Shown: piece by piece, positions 24,681 through 38,120 of the stretch
Position numbering within the stretch: the stretch's first letter is position 1
How the letters are laid out: every line of letters begins with the position of its first letter
Source: Vicugna vicugna
Lineage: Eukaryota
Assembly: GCA_013265495.1 (NCBI GenBank)
Contig: MU058844.1
Span: forward strand, 564,941 to 628,940
Direction: 5' to 3'
DNA length: 64,000 nt
The notes under the pieces: generated by a model
Databases searched by the model: none
What the model saw: only the letters and a program-made list of their open reading frames with translations
What the model was told of the DNA's origin: nothing
Position numbers and translations under genes: made by a program

Positions 24681-25885
24681 TTTCTTCCCAAATGTACCTT
24701 GTATCTGCTGTTCTTCCTGTACTGTATCTTGGACCTCTGGCATTTTATAAATCAATTTATGAATATATAATTAATGGTCTTATTTTATTCCAGGAAGTTT
24801 TCATATTGAAGCCTGGAATTTTTTATTGACCAAAGTTCTGAAAAACCTTAATCAGTTTTCTAATCTGCAACTTTCTTCTACTTTCAAGAACAAAAGAAGA
24901 TTCTACCAAGACTTCTCATTTAATTTGGGGCTTACACGAATTGAATTTTCTTTCCCATAGTCCCTTGAAGTCTTGAACTCACACAATAAGTAGGAGTATT
25001 GGCAGTGAAATGCTAGTTAGCAACTGGGTCGCCTGCATTCTCACAGTATTTGAGGTTTCTTACATTTTTCTCTTAGAAAGGAAGTGCTTAGAATTTTCTG
25101 TCTTGCTGGAATGGTACAGAGCAGGTGGAGTAGATTTAATTTTTAGTCATGTCAACTTTCTGTCCCTTCCCATCCCCTCCCTACCAGATAATGAAGGACC
25201 ATGTGGCATGTATAAATAGCTTCGGCTGAGAACATCCTCATATCTTTGCCCCTCTCATCACTGAGCAGGGCCCATAACTGATGTTGCAATTAGAGTACTG
25301 ATTTAGCTCTGAGAGACACATTGCAAATGATCCGCTGAGGAGGATGGTATTTATATCAGTACTGACTGATGAAGACTTTGTCAACTGTACCTTGGGCAGA
25401 TCATTTGATGGCATGCCCCTGGGTTAATCTCCTTCTCGTTATAACTGATGATCTGTGATGATGTGTTTCCAGAGCCACTCATCTGACACAGGGTACCACA
25501 ATGTGGAACAGACCTACGTAAATATAGATAATTAAGGAAATGCTTAATCCAAGATATAGGGATCAACAGAAGAGCTGTAGCCATCAAGGCATTTAGTGAT
25601 TTACTGGGGCACATTTGGTATCATTTGTGCCAACAGAAATTCACACTTCTGTACTACATGTTTAACTGTCTATTTTGACATAAGAGAAAAGAAATGAAAA
25701 TAGCTTGACTACTTAGGTTTACTATAGAAAGGTCAGGCAATTTGTAGTTGTTGTTTTTCATTTCTTAGGTGCTTATGAGGGCTTAAAAACCATAATATAT
25801 TCTCAAGTCAAATAAGTAATACAGAATGAGAAATTCTTGGATTATTTGATTAGAGTTAAAAGCTAGTGATTATATGTCTATTTTT

Positions 25886-25950
<65 letters not shown>

Positions 25951-25985
25951 TTATCTATCTACCTACCTACCTACCTACCTACCTA
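25886..25985. repeat. Compound tetranucleotide STR (TCTA)16 TTTA (TCTA)2 (CCTA)6
   Basis: Read directly. Confidence 0.95.
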
Positions 25986-26834
25986 TCCTCAGTGAAAGAT
26001 GAGTAGTGGAAACACGGGTAGGGAGTTGGGCTCACTCTCTTCCTAACTCTATCCTTAATAGCTAGAAGGTGGGATGTTATAGTCCATTAGTAGAAAACTT
26101 CACCCTTGCTCTCTTTTTGATATGGAGAATTGATATTTGCAATCTGTTGTGAAGAGCTTTACAAACCAAGCTTTGTGCCCCTCCTGATTTTTCAGTAATC
26201 CCAAATAGATTACCACCTCTCAACCTTTTCTACTTAAAGATCTTTCTATTATCAAACATGCTCTAGGAGTCCAGATGATGTTGCAATATGGAAAGTCACT
26301 GGTCAGAACACACCGAGTACCCCTGGGGCACCAAGGAACTCCTCTTCCTCTTCTTCTTTCATGGTCCTCTTCCCTCAGGACCAATCTCTTCTTCCTCTCT
26401 GATTCTGGCTCAGGTGCTCAGCCAGTCAGATGGGTCCCATTGAGCTGGAAAGGCAGGAAGTAGGGAGTATTCTGACTCTTAAGGGAAAGGGCAGAATGAA
26501 AATGACAACTCCTTGCTCAGTCTCAAAGTGAAACAGCTACCAAGCTAACTCTTCCCTTACTGGTTTTGACCCACTCTGAGAAAACTTTTGTGTCATTTTG
26601 TGTCTTTCTTTTCTCTTACCATAGACCCTCCATATTGTTCTAAGCTGTATGGAGTAAGATGAAGAGAATGAAAAACTCTGGGCCACTATATAATCAAGGC
26701 CTTTCCTGTCTTCTTCTATAAACATCTGCCTCCCTTGTGACTAGTGGCTATGGGCCTAGTGCCGAGTCTACTCTCATTTCAGAAATGTCTAATGTAGCCC
26801 CTTGGGAGGATAAAAAAGCAAGCAAGAAATCAAC

Positions 26835-27755
26835 ATGCAATTTAGGACTTTTATCCAGAATATACAAAGAACTTTCAAAACTCAGAACTAAGGGGAAAAA
26901 ACTCCCATTAAAAAGGAATAAATGACTTGAAAAGAAACTTTCAAAATATACAGATGCCAAATAAGCACATGAAAAGATGCTCAACATCATTAGAGAAATG
27001 CAAATAAAACCACAATGAGAAGCTACATATCAAAAAGAGTGGCTAAAAATAAAATAAATAAAATAACATAAGACAAAACTTGACAATACCAAGTAGTAAT
27101 GAGGTACAGGGCAGTTGGAACTCTTGTCCATTGCTGATGGGAATGTAAAATGATCTAGCCACTTTAGAAAATAGTTTGACAATTTCTTATAAAATTAAAA
27201 TACACTTACCATATGACTGTGTAATTCTACTTTTAGGTGTTTACCCAAGTGAACTGAAACTTACGTTCTTACAAAAACCTGTATGCAATGTTTATAAGTA
27301 GCTTTCTTCATAAACATCAAGAAATAGAAATAACTCTAATGTCCTTCATCTGGTGAATAGGTAAAGAACCTCTACTGCATCCAAATAATGAAACCTCACT
27401 GAGCAATAAAACTGAACTTTTGATACATGCAACAGTATGGATGAATCTCAAATGTATTATGCTAAGTGAAACAATCCAGACTCAAAAAACTCCAAATCAT
27501 ACCATCTGTTTCCATTTGCATGACATTCGGGAAAAGGCAAAACTATAGAGACAGAAAACAGATAGTAGTTGCCAGGGGCTGAAGGGGATAACAAAAAGCC
27601 ATAAGGGAACTTTCTGAGATAATTGAAGTACTCTGTATCTTTATGGTGGTGGTTACATCATTGCATGCTTTTGTTAAGACTCATGGGATTATACACTAAA
27701 AGGAGAGAACTTTACAATGTGTAAATTACACCTCAATAATTTTTTTTAAAAAAAG
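26835..27755 (+). mobile_element. L1M (L1ME1/L1MD-like) ORF2 end and 3' UTR
   Basis: atccagaatatacaaagaac...aaaagatgctcaacatcattag...aaaaggcaaaactatagagacag...gtaaattacacctcaataa followed by an A tail. Confidence 0.9.
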
Positions 27756-27779
27756 AATGGCCATCACTAAAGTAGAGGA

Positions 27780-28100
27780 CAAAGGTAAAAGGGATCAATC
27801 ATGGCAACTTACTTCTTTAAGAAAACTAAGAAAATTAGACAAACCTCTGATGATACTAACAAAGGTTGCCAAAAAGAGCCAGAGAGAGAAGGTGGGACAT
27901 GCAGGGTAACAGGCCCATATAAGGCAGCCTTTCTTAGGTGCCTCTGAGGTTTAGGACTGCAGAGGAAGGGGACAATGACTGAGCTGTAGGAAAAACACCT
28001 ATGAAAAAAGGTTAAAAGGAACTGAGATTACTTTCCTTGGCAATGAGGGGCCAGAAGGATGATTTAATAGCAGTCTTTGAGTCTCCAAGCCTCCTTGACA
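27780..28100 (+). mobile_element. L3/CR1 fragment
   Basis: cctatgaaaaaaggttaaaaggaactgaga...gatttaatagcagtcttt resembles the CR1 ORF2 end. Confidence 0.5.
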
Positions 28101-28279
28101 GTTTGATTACAGTGCCATTTAGCAGGGATGAACCGCTTTAATGATCTTTAGCACATTATAATGGGATTGTGTGCATGGAATTAATGGTTTTAGTAAACAG
28201 GGAGGTCTTCTCTGCAAGGAAGAGTACTTGTAGTGTCCTATAGAATGAGAATGTGCCTGGAGGGCACTGAATAGCTATC

Positions 28280-28625
28280 GGGCTTGGAGCCTCTGTGTCT
28301 TCATTTATAACATGGACCCAGTGTTACCTACTTCGTAGTTTTGTAGAGAGGATTCAAGTCAGATGACTTATGAAAAGTGCCTGGCCGCCTTCTTCTTTCC
28401 CAAAGTCATTCTTCTTTTCCTTTCCTAATTGAAAGCTGCAAGCATCAACATTTTGAGGATAATAACATTTTAGAAACTAACAATTTATTGTGCTTACTAT
28501 ATGCCAGATACTCTTCTACTCTCTTCAGATTTATTAACTCATTTAATCATCTCAGCAATCCTGTGGAAGGAGGTATTGTTATCATCTCCATTTGACAGAT
28601 TTGGACGCTAAGGAACAAGAGAGGC
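28280..28625. mobile_element. Two tail-to-tail MIR fragments
   Basis: gagcctctgtgtcttcatttataa (+) and atttattgtgcttactatatgccag...ccatttgacagat (-). Confidence 0.65.
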
Positions 28626-29421
28626 TGCAGCAGTTGTATCTCCTTGTAGAAATAAAGTGATGCTTTTTGTGGATTTGTCTTTCTCTTGTGCTCTTCTTTC
28701 TCTAAGCAGCATTCTTTCATTTACGTTGCCTTTTATACTTGACAAAGTACTTTCAAAAGCCATATTTTAGTTGCAACCATAGGAACTTCAGTGAGAAATA
28801 AAAGTGATGCATACATGTTGTTGAAGTTTAATGATGATAGTTGCTAGAAAGTTCTAGGAAGAGTAAAATGCTGCTGTTCTGAATTCCGTGTTTTAGTTTT
28901 AATTTTCTATACCGCTTATAGAATTCCCTCTTTTCTTTTTTGATTCTTACTGACATTTCAAGGCCCAGGTAAAGGTCCCACCTCCACATTCAGTGACATT
29001 TATGGAGTGCTGCCGTGTGCTGGCATCAGCTTTTTTTCTCTGACCCCTAAGGGAGCATACTACCACCTGTCTTCACAGGGAGACTGTAAAGATGAGTGGA
29101 CCCTGCCTCTGGGGAATTCACTGTCTGGATGGAGAGTGGACTGATGCACGATCTGTTCCATAGCATAGTCTGATAAGTGCAAAAGTGGGCCACTGCAGGT
29201 TGGAATGGAGGCAGTGAATGAGACCGGGGACCCACTTATTCCCCTGAAATAGGAAGAGCAGGGAAGAGGAGAATAGAAGGTGAGGTAGAAGAGAGAGGAT
29301 GAAGAGTAGCCATATGCTGAGAATGAGGGCATCAGGAACAGAGAGAGAGGCATCAGGGAATGGGGGACTGAAGAAGTAAGGAAGTTTGGGAATAGTTACC
29401 ATCAACTCAGAATGAGTTAAA

Positions 29422-29598
29422 GCAGGGATTCTCAACCTGGTGCACAATAGATTCACCTGTAGATAAAAAAATATCAATGTTTGCTTCCCATCCCAAAGTT
29501 TCTGATTCAATTGATTTGGTTGATGGGGTTCAGCCACTGGTGTTTTAAGAAAACCCGCAACTGATTCTGTAATGTGAACTGGGGCTGAGAAACACTGA
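29422..29598 (+). mobile_element. MER5-family hAT MITE
   Basis: cagggattctcaacc...ttctgattcaattgatttgg...tgattctgtaatgtg...gggctgagaaacactg with terminal inverted repeats. Confidence 0.75.
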
Positions 29599-29839
29599 CA
29601 GTAACTGCTGAATGGTACTGAGGGGCTCATGCCCGTCCTGCCGAAGTAAATTTCTCACTATTGCTTACTTTCATATTCATTCATTTAGTCATTCAAAAAT
29701 GTTTATTGAGCACCTATGTGTCAGGTGCCTCATTAGACTGTGAAAAAATCATCTTAGGGCATTGATTGTTATTTCCCTCCCATTTTGGCACTCATATTAT
29801 GAACTAAATTCTTTTCAAAAATGTAATAGAAGCCAAGAT

Positions 29840-30040
29840 ATTTGAACACTTACTATATATTGTTGAAGTTTTACAATGTCTGCATGTGGTAGGCACTGTC
29901 CTTGTTATATCCCTATGTTATGTTTGACAAATGAGGAAAAAGAGGCACAGAGAAACAAAGTAACTTGCCTAAGGTCACACAGCTAGTAGCTGGCAGAACT
30001 GAAAGGCTCCAGAGTGGTGTCCGTAATTTCTCTGTTGCAC
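29840..30040 (-). mobile_element. MIR SINE
   Basis: aaatgaggaaaaagaggcacagagaaacaaagtaacttgcctaaggtcacacagctagta. Confidence 0.75.
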
Positions 30041-30289
30041 CTAGCTCCATGCTGAGCTCAAAGACAGTGCTTCATAAATATGTCGGAACCCTCAGAAGTA
30101 CTAAAAACATTGTTAGCCAGAAGCTTTAAAATGATGGAGTGTCTTGTCTCAAATAAGTGTGTTTCATTGGCCAGTATGCAGTGGCCACATCTTGTTGCAG
30201 GTGGGGCTGGGAAATGCAGTCTGACTGTGTGTACAGGAGGAAAGGATGAAAGGATGAGTGAACAACTAGGCAGTCTTTGCTACAGTCTC

Positions 30290-31586
30290 CTCTGATGGAC
30301 AGAAGTTTTGAATGTAATGTTGTCAAATGTGTCACATTTTTTCTTTGTAAGTTACATTTGATGTCTTATTTAAAAAATACTTCTCTACTGTAAAGGCATA
30401 AGTACTTTATGCTATATTCTTTTCTAAAAGATGTCAAATTTTGACTTACACATTTAAGCATCAAATCTACCTGGCATCAATTTTGGTGTATGGTGTGAGG
30501 AAATGATTACATTTGTTTATGTCTGATGTTCTGGAATTTCATGTTGCCAATTTTTGGTATAGCTTTTTTTGTGTGTGTGTGCTAAAGCCTCTCAAATATG
30601 AAGATTAATTTTCTTTAAACTCAGAAAATTTCCTGAGTTCTTTATTTGATAATTTTATGCCCTTTTTTTTCTTTCTGGAATTCCTACCAGATACTTGACT
30701 TGGATTGATCATTTATCTATTCTATTTTTTCTCTTGTATTATCCACCTTTATCTTTTGTTTTACACTTTATTGTGCTTGTTGTATTTAGTTATCATCATC
30801 AATTTAACACTAATCATTATCATTTCATGCAGCATGTTCTCAGGCCAGTTTTGACAAAGGCCATTCAAAAAAATTGATTTCACCGTTTTGGCTGATGGTG
30901 ACAAGATTGCAAGCCAATAGGTGTTCTGGCAATGACCCTTGCCTCTTTAAAAATTTTATAGCAGAGCCTGGAGGTAAAACCTGATCTGTGCAGTTTCAAG
31001 TCCAATGTTCATTTACTCATGAAAATTTGCTAGGCCTCTTTTCTGTGCAGGGTGAGGAAGAAAGTATTCAAGAAGGGCCAGCATAAACTGAGCCGAGGAA
31101 GCTGGCACAGGTGTGATACTGGGGCTTCACGGCTGTGGCCAGTCTCCCGTTCTTTCCTTCACTCTTTGGATGTTTGCCAGCCTCATGTGCCCCCGGCTTT
31201 AGGATTACAGATATCTCTAGTGGTCAAGAGCCCTCCATTGTAGCCCAGGGCACAGGACAAGGAAGGAAAACGAGTTAGGGAAGATAGACTCTGTGATGCT
31301 GCTATTGTGGAAGAGGGAGGGGATTGACTAATTTATATTTATATATATTTTTAAAAATTTTATTTTCCCACTGTTTTATTGGACTTTTCAATTTCAGCAG
31401 TTTTTCTTTTAATTTCCCCAGAAATCTTTCTTTTTCAATTTTTTCCATAGTATTTTGATGCAATATCTTCCTTAACCTTTCAGAAGATTCGAGTTCTCTT
31501 CAGTTTCCTCTATTTTCTTTGTTTATGCTGAGATGCATTATCTGGTTTTGTTTTTTGTTTGTTTGTTTTTTGTTTTGTTTGTTTTT

Positions 31587-31622
<36 letters not shown>

Positions 31623-31960
31623 TGTTATTACAGATCTGGGGACCTGTAGCGCTTCATTCATAATTAAGCTCAAGCTGTTGGAAAGCAGGGTGGGAATGCT
31701 TCTGACCCGGGTGGGGCTTACAGTCTGATGGTAGTTGTTTTAGGGTGATTGGCAGGGAGTTGGCTCAATGCTGGGAAACTTCCAGATGCTGTTCTATGGA
31801 GGTCTTTCCTCTGGAGCCATTCAGCTTTTCCAGATAAGAAATCTCATAATTCCTGTCTGGAATAAAAAAGGGGCTGGCTACCAGGAAACTGTTCAGGCAT
31901 GTTTGGGTTCATAACAATTCATTAATTAAGTGTCCCAAATACAGGCTTTTTCAATCAATC
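30290..31960 (-). mobile_element. Degenerate L1M/HAL1 fragments, interrupted at ~30820-31320
   Basis: cagaagttttgaat...tttttggtgtatggtgtgagg and T-rich L1 antisense composition. Boundaries uncertain. Confidence 0.45.
31591..31621. repeat. (TG)15 microsatellite
   Basis: Read directly; preceded by a (TTTG)-rich run. Confidence 0.95.
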
Positions 31961-31974
31961 CCACCCTTTGCTGT

Positions 31975-32210
31975 AATAATAATAGAAATGGCAAACTCTC
32001 GCCTACAGCTTACTTTGTGTCAGGCTTTCATCTAACTGCTTTACACGGTTATTTACTTTATTAATCGATTTACTCATTTGATCCTCCCAACAAATCTATG
32101 ATGTTACCAAAGAGGAAACTGAGGCACAGGGAAATTAAGTTAACATGCTTGAAATCACAGAGCTACTAAGCTATAAAGTCAGAATTTGAACCCAGGTCCT
32201 CTGACTGACT
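31975..32210 (-). mobile_element. MIR SINE
   Basis: agaggaaactgaggcacagggaaattaagtt...gaatttgaacccagg. Confidence 0.75.
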
Positions 32211-32628
32211 ATAGGGCCTCTGAAATGATGCCTCCTTGAAAAAAAAATGATACAGGCTGGCATTTGGGTGGTGTTATTTCAGAGGGCACCACAAGACTAA
32301 GCCCCACGAGGCCAGGGATTTTTGTCTATTTTACTCACAATTGTTCACCTAAATCCTAGCACAGATTGGGGCAGTACATTCTCATGGAATGAATGAACAC
32401 GCAGTGCCTTTTGTGAAGTGGCGCTTGTCTCTTGTGGGAGTGGGCTCACTGAAGGAAGGCGCAGCATGTGTTCAGTACTGAGGTCCTCTGTTTTTCTTTT
32501 GGTCTCTAAAACTCATTTTTCCCTTTTGGTTGGGGAAGGAGAGTAGATCTGAGGTTGGAGGAGAGTGGTCTAGGGCACATTTCTTCAATAAAACACCTTC
32601 ATCTCCTCCCATAACTGATTACCTCATT

Positions 32629-32872
32629 TTTTTCACATTTTTTTTTATTGAGTTATAGTCATTTTACAATGTTGTGTCAAATTCCAGTGTAGAGCACAAT
32701 TTTTCAGTTATACACGAACATACATACATTCATTGTCACATTCTCTTTTGCTGTGAGCCACCACAAGATCTTGTATATATTTCCCTGTGCTACATAGTAC
32801 AATCTTGTTTTTCTATTCTGCATTTTGAAATCCCAGTCTGTCCCTTCCCACCCCCTTTCCCCCTGGCAACGG
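32629..32872 (-). mobile_element. Young, heavily 5'-truncated L1 (3' UTR only) with TSD
   Basis: T tail followed by tttattgagttatagtcattttacaatgttgtgtcaaattcc, homologous to 15110-15360; TSD ttacctcatt at 32619-32628 and 32873-32882. Confidence 0.9.
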
Positions 32873-33480
32873 TTACCTCATTCTTTGTTCAAAGACCACT
32901 ACTATTACTTGGGAACTGAGCTTATTAAATTTTTCTCAGTATCGCATGCTATGAACAGCATTCCTACCGTTAGGTATCATCTGAAATTTGAAACAAACTC
33001 CAGCTCCCACCCTTCCCATTTAAAAATAAAAAATAAAAAACAAAAAACAAATCCAAGGTTTGATTTTGATATTGTTCTGTTTGAATGAATGCTACTACCA
33101 TTCTTTTCCTTACAAAATGGCTCTTATTTTGCAATGATTATATAAAGCATGTGTTTCCTGAAGTGGAGTGATCTGAAGGCAGTGGCCATACACGTGCTTT
33201 ACATGCTTGAATGAAAAAGATAATTGGGTCTTAATGTCAGGGATTTATTGCTGCTTTGACAATGTACTTATATCTTCCACTGAAATGTTTTTGGGAAAAT
33301 GGGCCCATGTATGATCAGGATCTGAAGCTTTATTACCAATGACACTAATATTTATTGTAGTTGTGGAGCAGAAATGATTATCTTTTTATTTGGACTGCTT
33401 GTTTGCAATTCTAGACGTCTCAATGGGTTATAGTTAAGGAAAATACTTTTGGTGGATTTTTCTTGTTTTAGGAGGACAGC

Positions 33481-33839
33481 TATCTTAGTCCATATAGGCT
33501 GTCATAATAGAATATCAAAGACTGGTTGGTTTATAACAACAGAAATTTATTTCTCACAGTTCTGGAAGCTGAAAGTCCAAGATTAAGGTGCCAGAAGATT
33601 TGGTATCTCATGGGAGCCCGCTTCCTGGTGTATAGATCACCGTCTTCTCACTGTCCTCACATGGCAGGAGAAACAAGGGTATTAGCATGAATCTCACTCA
33701 GGAAGAGTCCACCCCCATGACCTAATCACCACCTGAAAGTCCTACAACTTAATGCCATCACACTGGGGGATAGAATTTCAGCAAATGAATATATATGTGT
33801 GTGTATGTTTTGGGGAATACAAAAATTCACTCCATAACA
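33481..33839 (-). mobile_element. MaLR LTR, MLT1A-like
   Basis: tcttagtccatataggctgtc...acagaaatttatttctcacagttctggaagctgaaagtccaagattaaggtgccag...ccataaca. Confidence 0.85.
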
Positions 33840-34134
33840 GTGGCTGTGATGATAGGTTTTTTGTTGTTGTTTTTTTGTTTTTTGCTTCTATGTTTGCTTG
33901 TTTTGTTTAACTAAAGAAAGCAATTCACTGGAAGAAAAGTGTGATACAAATGGGAAAACGAACAATTTCTTAAAAGAAATTAGAAGCTGTCAGTAATTGC
34001 TTGGTTATAAATCACAGAAACCCACTTGATCTATGTTAAGCAAAATAGAAACATTTATAGAAAATTATGGAAGCCTAATGTCGAGAATACAAAGGATGAT
34101 TGGAACCAGGACTGAGAAGTCAGAGCCTGAGTTC

Positions 34135-34222
34135 TCTCTTCTTCCCTCCTTCCCTCCCTTGCTCTGTTCTTTCTTTCCTTCTTCTCTTTTTTCTTCCTTC
34201 CTTCTTTCCTTCCTTCCCTCTT
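34135..34222. repeat. Pyrimidine-rich (CTTC)n-like low-complexity tract
   Basis: Read directly; probably the decayed L2 tail. Confidence 0.7.
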
Positions 34223-36500
34223 TATTTCCACAAATCGCTGACACCACGTGTGCCAAGCACTGTGAATACAGTGAAGAACTAATTAGATGAAAGCTCTCTT
34301 CTTAAAGAGCTTGTATTCTTATAGAAAGAGATCAACAATAAGCAGCCCAAGATAAGTCAAAGATAAGATGCTTACATGTGGGGTGACCATGATATTTGTT
34401 GGCCACATTTGAGAGTGAATGAAGTACTAGTAATAGTCATGCTTGAATATATATAAACCTGTCCAGGGCACACTGAAAATGTCATGGGCAAAGGGCTATG
34501 GAGAGGATTAAAAAAGAGAAATGTGGTAATGGCTGAGTGGCTACTTGAGACTGGTTTTCTCACGTAAGCTGTGACCTGAATGACAAGAAAGAGTTGAACA
34601 TTGGACAATGGCAGGAATGAGCCTTCTAGGCAGAAAGATCAACTAGTGTGGGGGCTCTCAGAGAGGAGAGAGAATGGAGCAGCCAGTGTGGCTGGTATGC
34701 AGTGGGAGAGACTGGTCGGGAATGGGACCATGTGAGGTTGGACCTTCCAAACCTTAATAAGGAGTTTGGCTTTATTCAAAGCATGATGGGAAGCCACTGG
34801 AAGGTTTTCCAGCAAGGAAATGACATGACCCGCTTCATCTTCTAAAAACAACACCCTGTAATGTTATACAGTTATGGCTTTGTAAAAAATTGTTTGCAAT
34901 TTTATTGATCTTTCCTTTGATTTTTTTTAAAAAGTTCTTATCTTCAAGAGATGCAAGCTTAGGCAAAATCATATTGCTTATAGATCAAATGATATGATAT
35001 CTGGGATTTACCTCAAAATTAGACATAGAGGTGGAATAGAATTGGCCATGATTGGGTACTTGTTGAAGGTGGGCACATGGTGGTTTGATTGGCTATAGTT
35101 TCTTTTGTTACTATTGTCACTGTTCAAATTGTTGCTACTGTTTCAAACTTTTGTATATGTCTGAAACATTTTTTATAGTAAATGTAACAAATAAAAAAGA
35201 GGCTCACTCTGGCTGCAGGTGTGTGAATATTGTATTGTGGAAGAATAAAGAGCAAGAGGGCCAGTTACATCAAGAAGAGTCCAGCTGAGATATGAGGACA
35301 GACAGGATTACATTGGTTGTAGGGCAGACAGAGAGAAGTGGATGGATTTGGGATACATGTTGTAGCTAGAGCCAACAGGACCTACTGGTAGATGAATTGA
35401 GGGGTGGGTGAGAAGAACTAATGGCAACTCTTCAATTTTTAGCTTAGCAACTGGTTGGATCAAGATGTTATTGACTAAGATAGGGAAGACATAGGATAAG
35501 CATATTGAGGTAGGGAAGGAGGAAATATTCTTCAATCACATTAAGCTTAATGTGTCTTTTAGACATTGACATGAAAATGTCAAGTAGGCAAGGACGGAGC
35601 TGGGCAGAGAGGACAGGGTGTTGTGTAAGACACCTCTTATGAGTTACTTCAGGTACTCTCAGACTCACCTGACCCAGGAGCCTCTCTTTGCATTTTTGTT
35701 CTACCTGTGTTGTTGGCTCTGTGTGGGCTCCCACTGACTTTTTGTGGGTGCAACCTGACAAAGCCCTGTTTCCCAGGTGCCTACCATCTTCCATCCTGAG
35801 GATTCCCTATTGATGCTGACCTGCTCACTGCCTATGTAGAAGCAACAGGGAAGTGAGGAGGAGCCAGCACTCTATGGAGCAAACCTTTGGCCACTGGAGA
35901 ATGGGAGAGAGTGAATAAGTTCTTCCCTCTTCCTTTCCTTGGACAGCCATCATAAGATGTAATCATTCACTTGGCCTCTTTGAAGATGGTCCTGGGAGAT
36001 AAAGCAATCAATCATGCTTGATCCCAAGGGGAAGGCAGCTCCTTAATGGACCACTGTATTTGCTTTCCTATCTTTCCTGACCCACTCTTCTTTCCCTTAA
36101 CATTTAAAGAACAAAAGAAGAAGGTAGATCCAGTAAAGTTGGTGGAGAAGGAGGCAGCAAAGTGGAAGGAAAGCCAGGAGAAAGATGTGCCATGGAAACC
36201 TTTCAAAGGAGATAATGCTCATCTTTGCTTAATGTTGCAGCCAAGTAAGGAAAGACTAGGAGAGGGAGCCTTAGGTTTGGCCAATGTGGACACCATTAGA
36301 AACCTTGATGAGACCAGTCTTCATGGGGTGACGGGGAAGGAAGTAGACTGAAGAGGGAGTATAAGATGAAGTATTCAGAAAGTGGAGACAGTAAACAGAC
36401 AACCCTTTGCTTTGAAGAGAAGCAGAAAATGGAGTGGTGGCTAGAAGAAGATGAGTGGAAAGGGAAGATCTTCCTTTTTAAAAGATGGACCATAATTACT
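34222..36500 (-). mobile_element. L2 LINE, fragmented by nested L1MC (~34860-35200) and an LTR (~35621-36080)
   Basis: ggagtttggctttattc...gggaagccactggaaggttttccagcaaggaaatgacatgacc, gagaagtggatggatttgggatacatg and gaaaatgtcaagtaggca are L2 antisense motifs. Confidence 0.75.
35621..36080 (+). mobile_element. ERVL LTR (LTR16-like)
   Basis: ctcagactcacctgaccc...aataagttcttccctc...ataaagcaatcaatc...tgtattgctttcc; subfamily from memory. Confidence 0.45.
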
Positions 36501-37554
36501 GTACATTCATGAGAATAATCCAGGAGAAGGGGCATAATTATGAGAGTAAGAAGTCAGTAAGAAAGCAATAGGGAATATAATTGAGGACTCAAAGGAGGGG
36601 GTGGGTGCACATGGGAAGCCTGGAGTTTGAAGAGGGGCAAGTATGTACTTTGGCAACGGGGAGGTAAATATACCAGGGATGTATAGTGGGGTCACTGGAC
36701 ACTATTGAGGGTAAATTGGGATTTGTGGCTGTGACAAATCCACTTGGATTGGTGTCTGTCTTTCTCGGTGAACCTACTTTTGTTCTGTTTTTCCTTCCCC
36801 TGAAGACTGGCTTTTCTTTCCTTCTCAGTTTAAGACAAGGTAGAGGAGTTCTAGAATTCTGGTCCCTAGGTGAGGTACCCTAACAAGGATCTACTCCTGC
36901 ACAACAAGAATCTACTCCTGTAGTTCTAATCCCATCAGCTGTGGGAGGGAGCTGGGTCATGGGTGAGGTGCAGTTGTCAAAGAACAGGGCACGGATAAGG
37001 CAGGCACCCCAGAAGATGTTTATCCCAACCTTTCTCACCTTCTGGACATCCTGCTTGATAGAAGAGCCTGGAGAATGGGTTGGATGCATTTGGCTAAGCT
37101 GATTTTTTGGTTGGTTTGTTTGTTGCTTGGGGTTATCCTTGCTATAGACATAGTGATCATAGTCAGACTGTGTTCTGATTTTTAGTCTGGAAATTTGCTG
37201 CAGGGTAACATCTTTTATTAAACTCAGTCATTCCAAATGTGTAGGAGAGATGACAAATAGAGATAGACTGTGTGCCTTTTCTTCCTGTGAGTGGTTTCTT
37301 GGTTCTTTCTGGATACAGGAGGATCAGCACCTTTCCTGTAAGGGAGGCATCTTACGCAGTGATTTGCTCACAGGAGCCAGTAAATCAATGACCCATTAAG
37401 GGAATGTTCTGGGAGTCTCTTCTTGAATTGTGCACCTGGCAGCTTGAGGGCAGAGGATTTCAGAGCTTAATCAACATTTTGGCCTTTGTTACTACTGGCA
37501 AGTCTCTGGGCCATTGTATTGTCCAGGGTTGTCATGTTATTCCTTCAGTCAAAC

Positions 37555-38120
37555 TGAAAAGTATCTTGGTTAGGAGCTCAGGCTTGTAGCAGATCTGGCT
37601 CCGATCCCCACTTTGCCACTTACTAGCTGAGTAACCACAGGACATTATTAATATACATCCTCTTTACGTGGTTCTTAGGAAGAGTAAGTGAGATGTGGTG
37701 TGTACAGCATTCAGTAAGGTGCCTGGCACAAAGTAGACATGGCATCCATAACATTAGTCATAATTTCTAGAAGGACTTATTCACATAGAATGCTGCTATT
37801 GGATGCCCGACGCAGTGTATTTCTAGAAAAAGAAGAGAAAGCTATTTGGTGAATGAAGTGAGACTGGGGAATAGAGCGGCACCAGATGAAACACAGGATT
37901 ATGGAACTTTAGTTAGTGAGGCAGGTTTTGGTGCAAATTCCAAGCATGCTGCTTGGGTCCTTGGGGAAGTGACATCTCTGTGCCTCAGTTTCCCATCTAT
38001 ACCATAGGAATAGTAATGTTTACCTCATGAGGTTATTATTAGAAGTAGAGCAATAAAACACAAAGCACAAGACCTGACATATCGTAGCTAATTCATTGAA
38101 GCGCTTTGATGATTAATAAT
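37555..38120 (+). mobile_element. Two MIR SINEs (37555-37760, 37925-38120)
   Basis: ctttgccacttactagctgagtaacc and tctctgtgcctcagtttcccatct cores. Confidence 0.75.

Noticed and set aside
25453..25491. Box C (GTGATGA) and box D (CTGA) pair with ctgtg/cacag complementarity
   Set aside because: Only about 40 nt, and the stem overlaps box C; too short for a C/D snoRNA.
29118..29630. 170-aa minus-strand ORF (also 52329-52799, 156 aa)
   Set aside because: The first overlaps a MER5 element and purine-rich low-complexity sequence. Neither has a recognisable domain or supporting splice structure.
36882..36920. Two-copy 21-bp tandem repeat (also a 16-bp one at ~3739-3767)
   Set aside because: Ordinary slippage duplications; no spacers and not an array.
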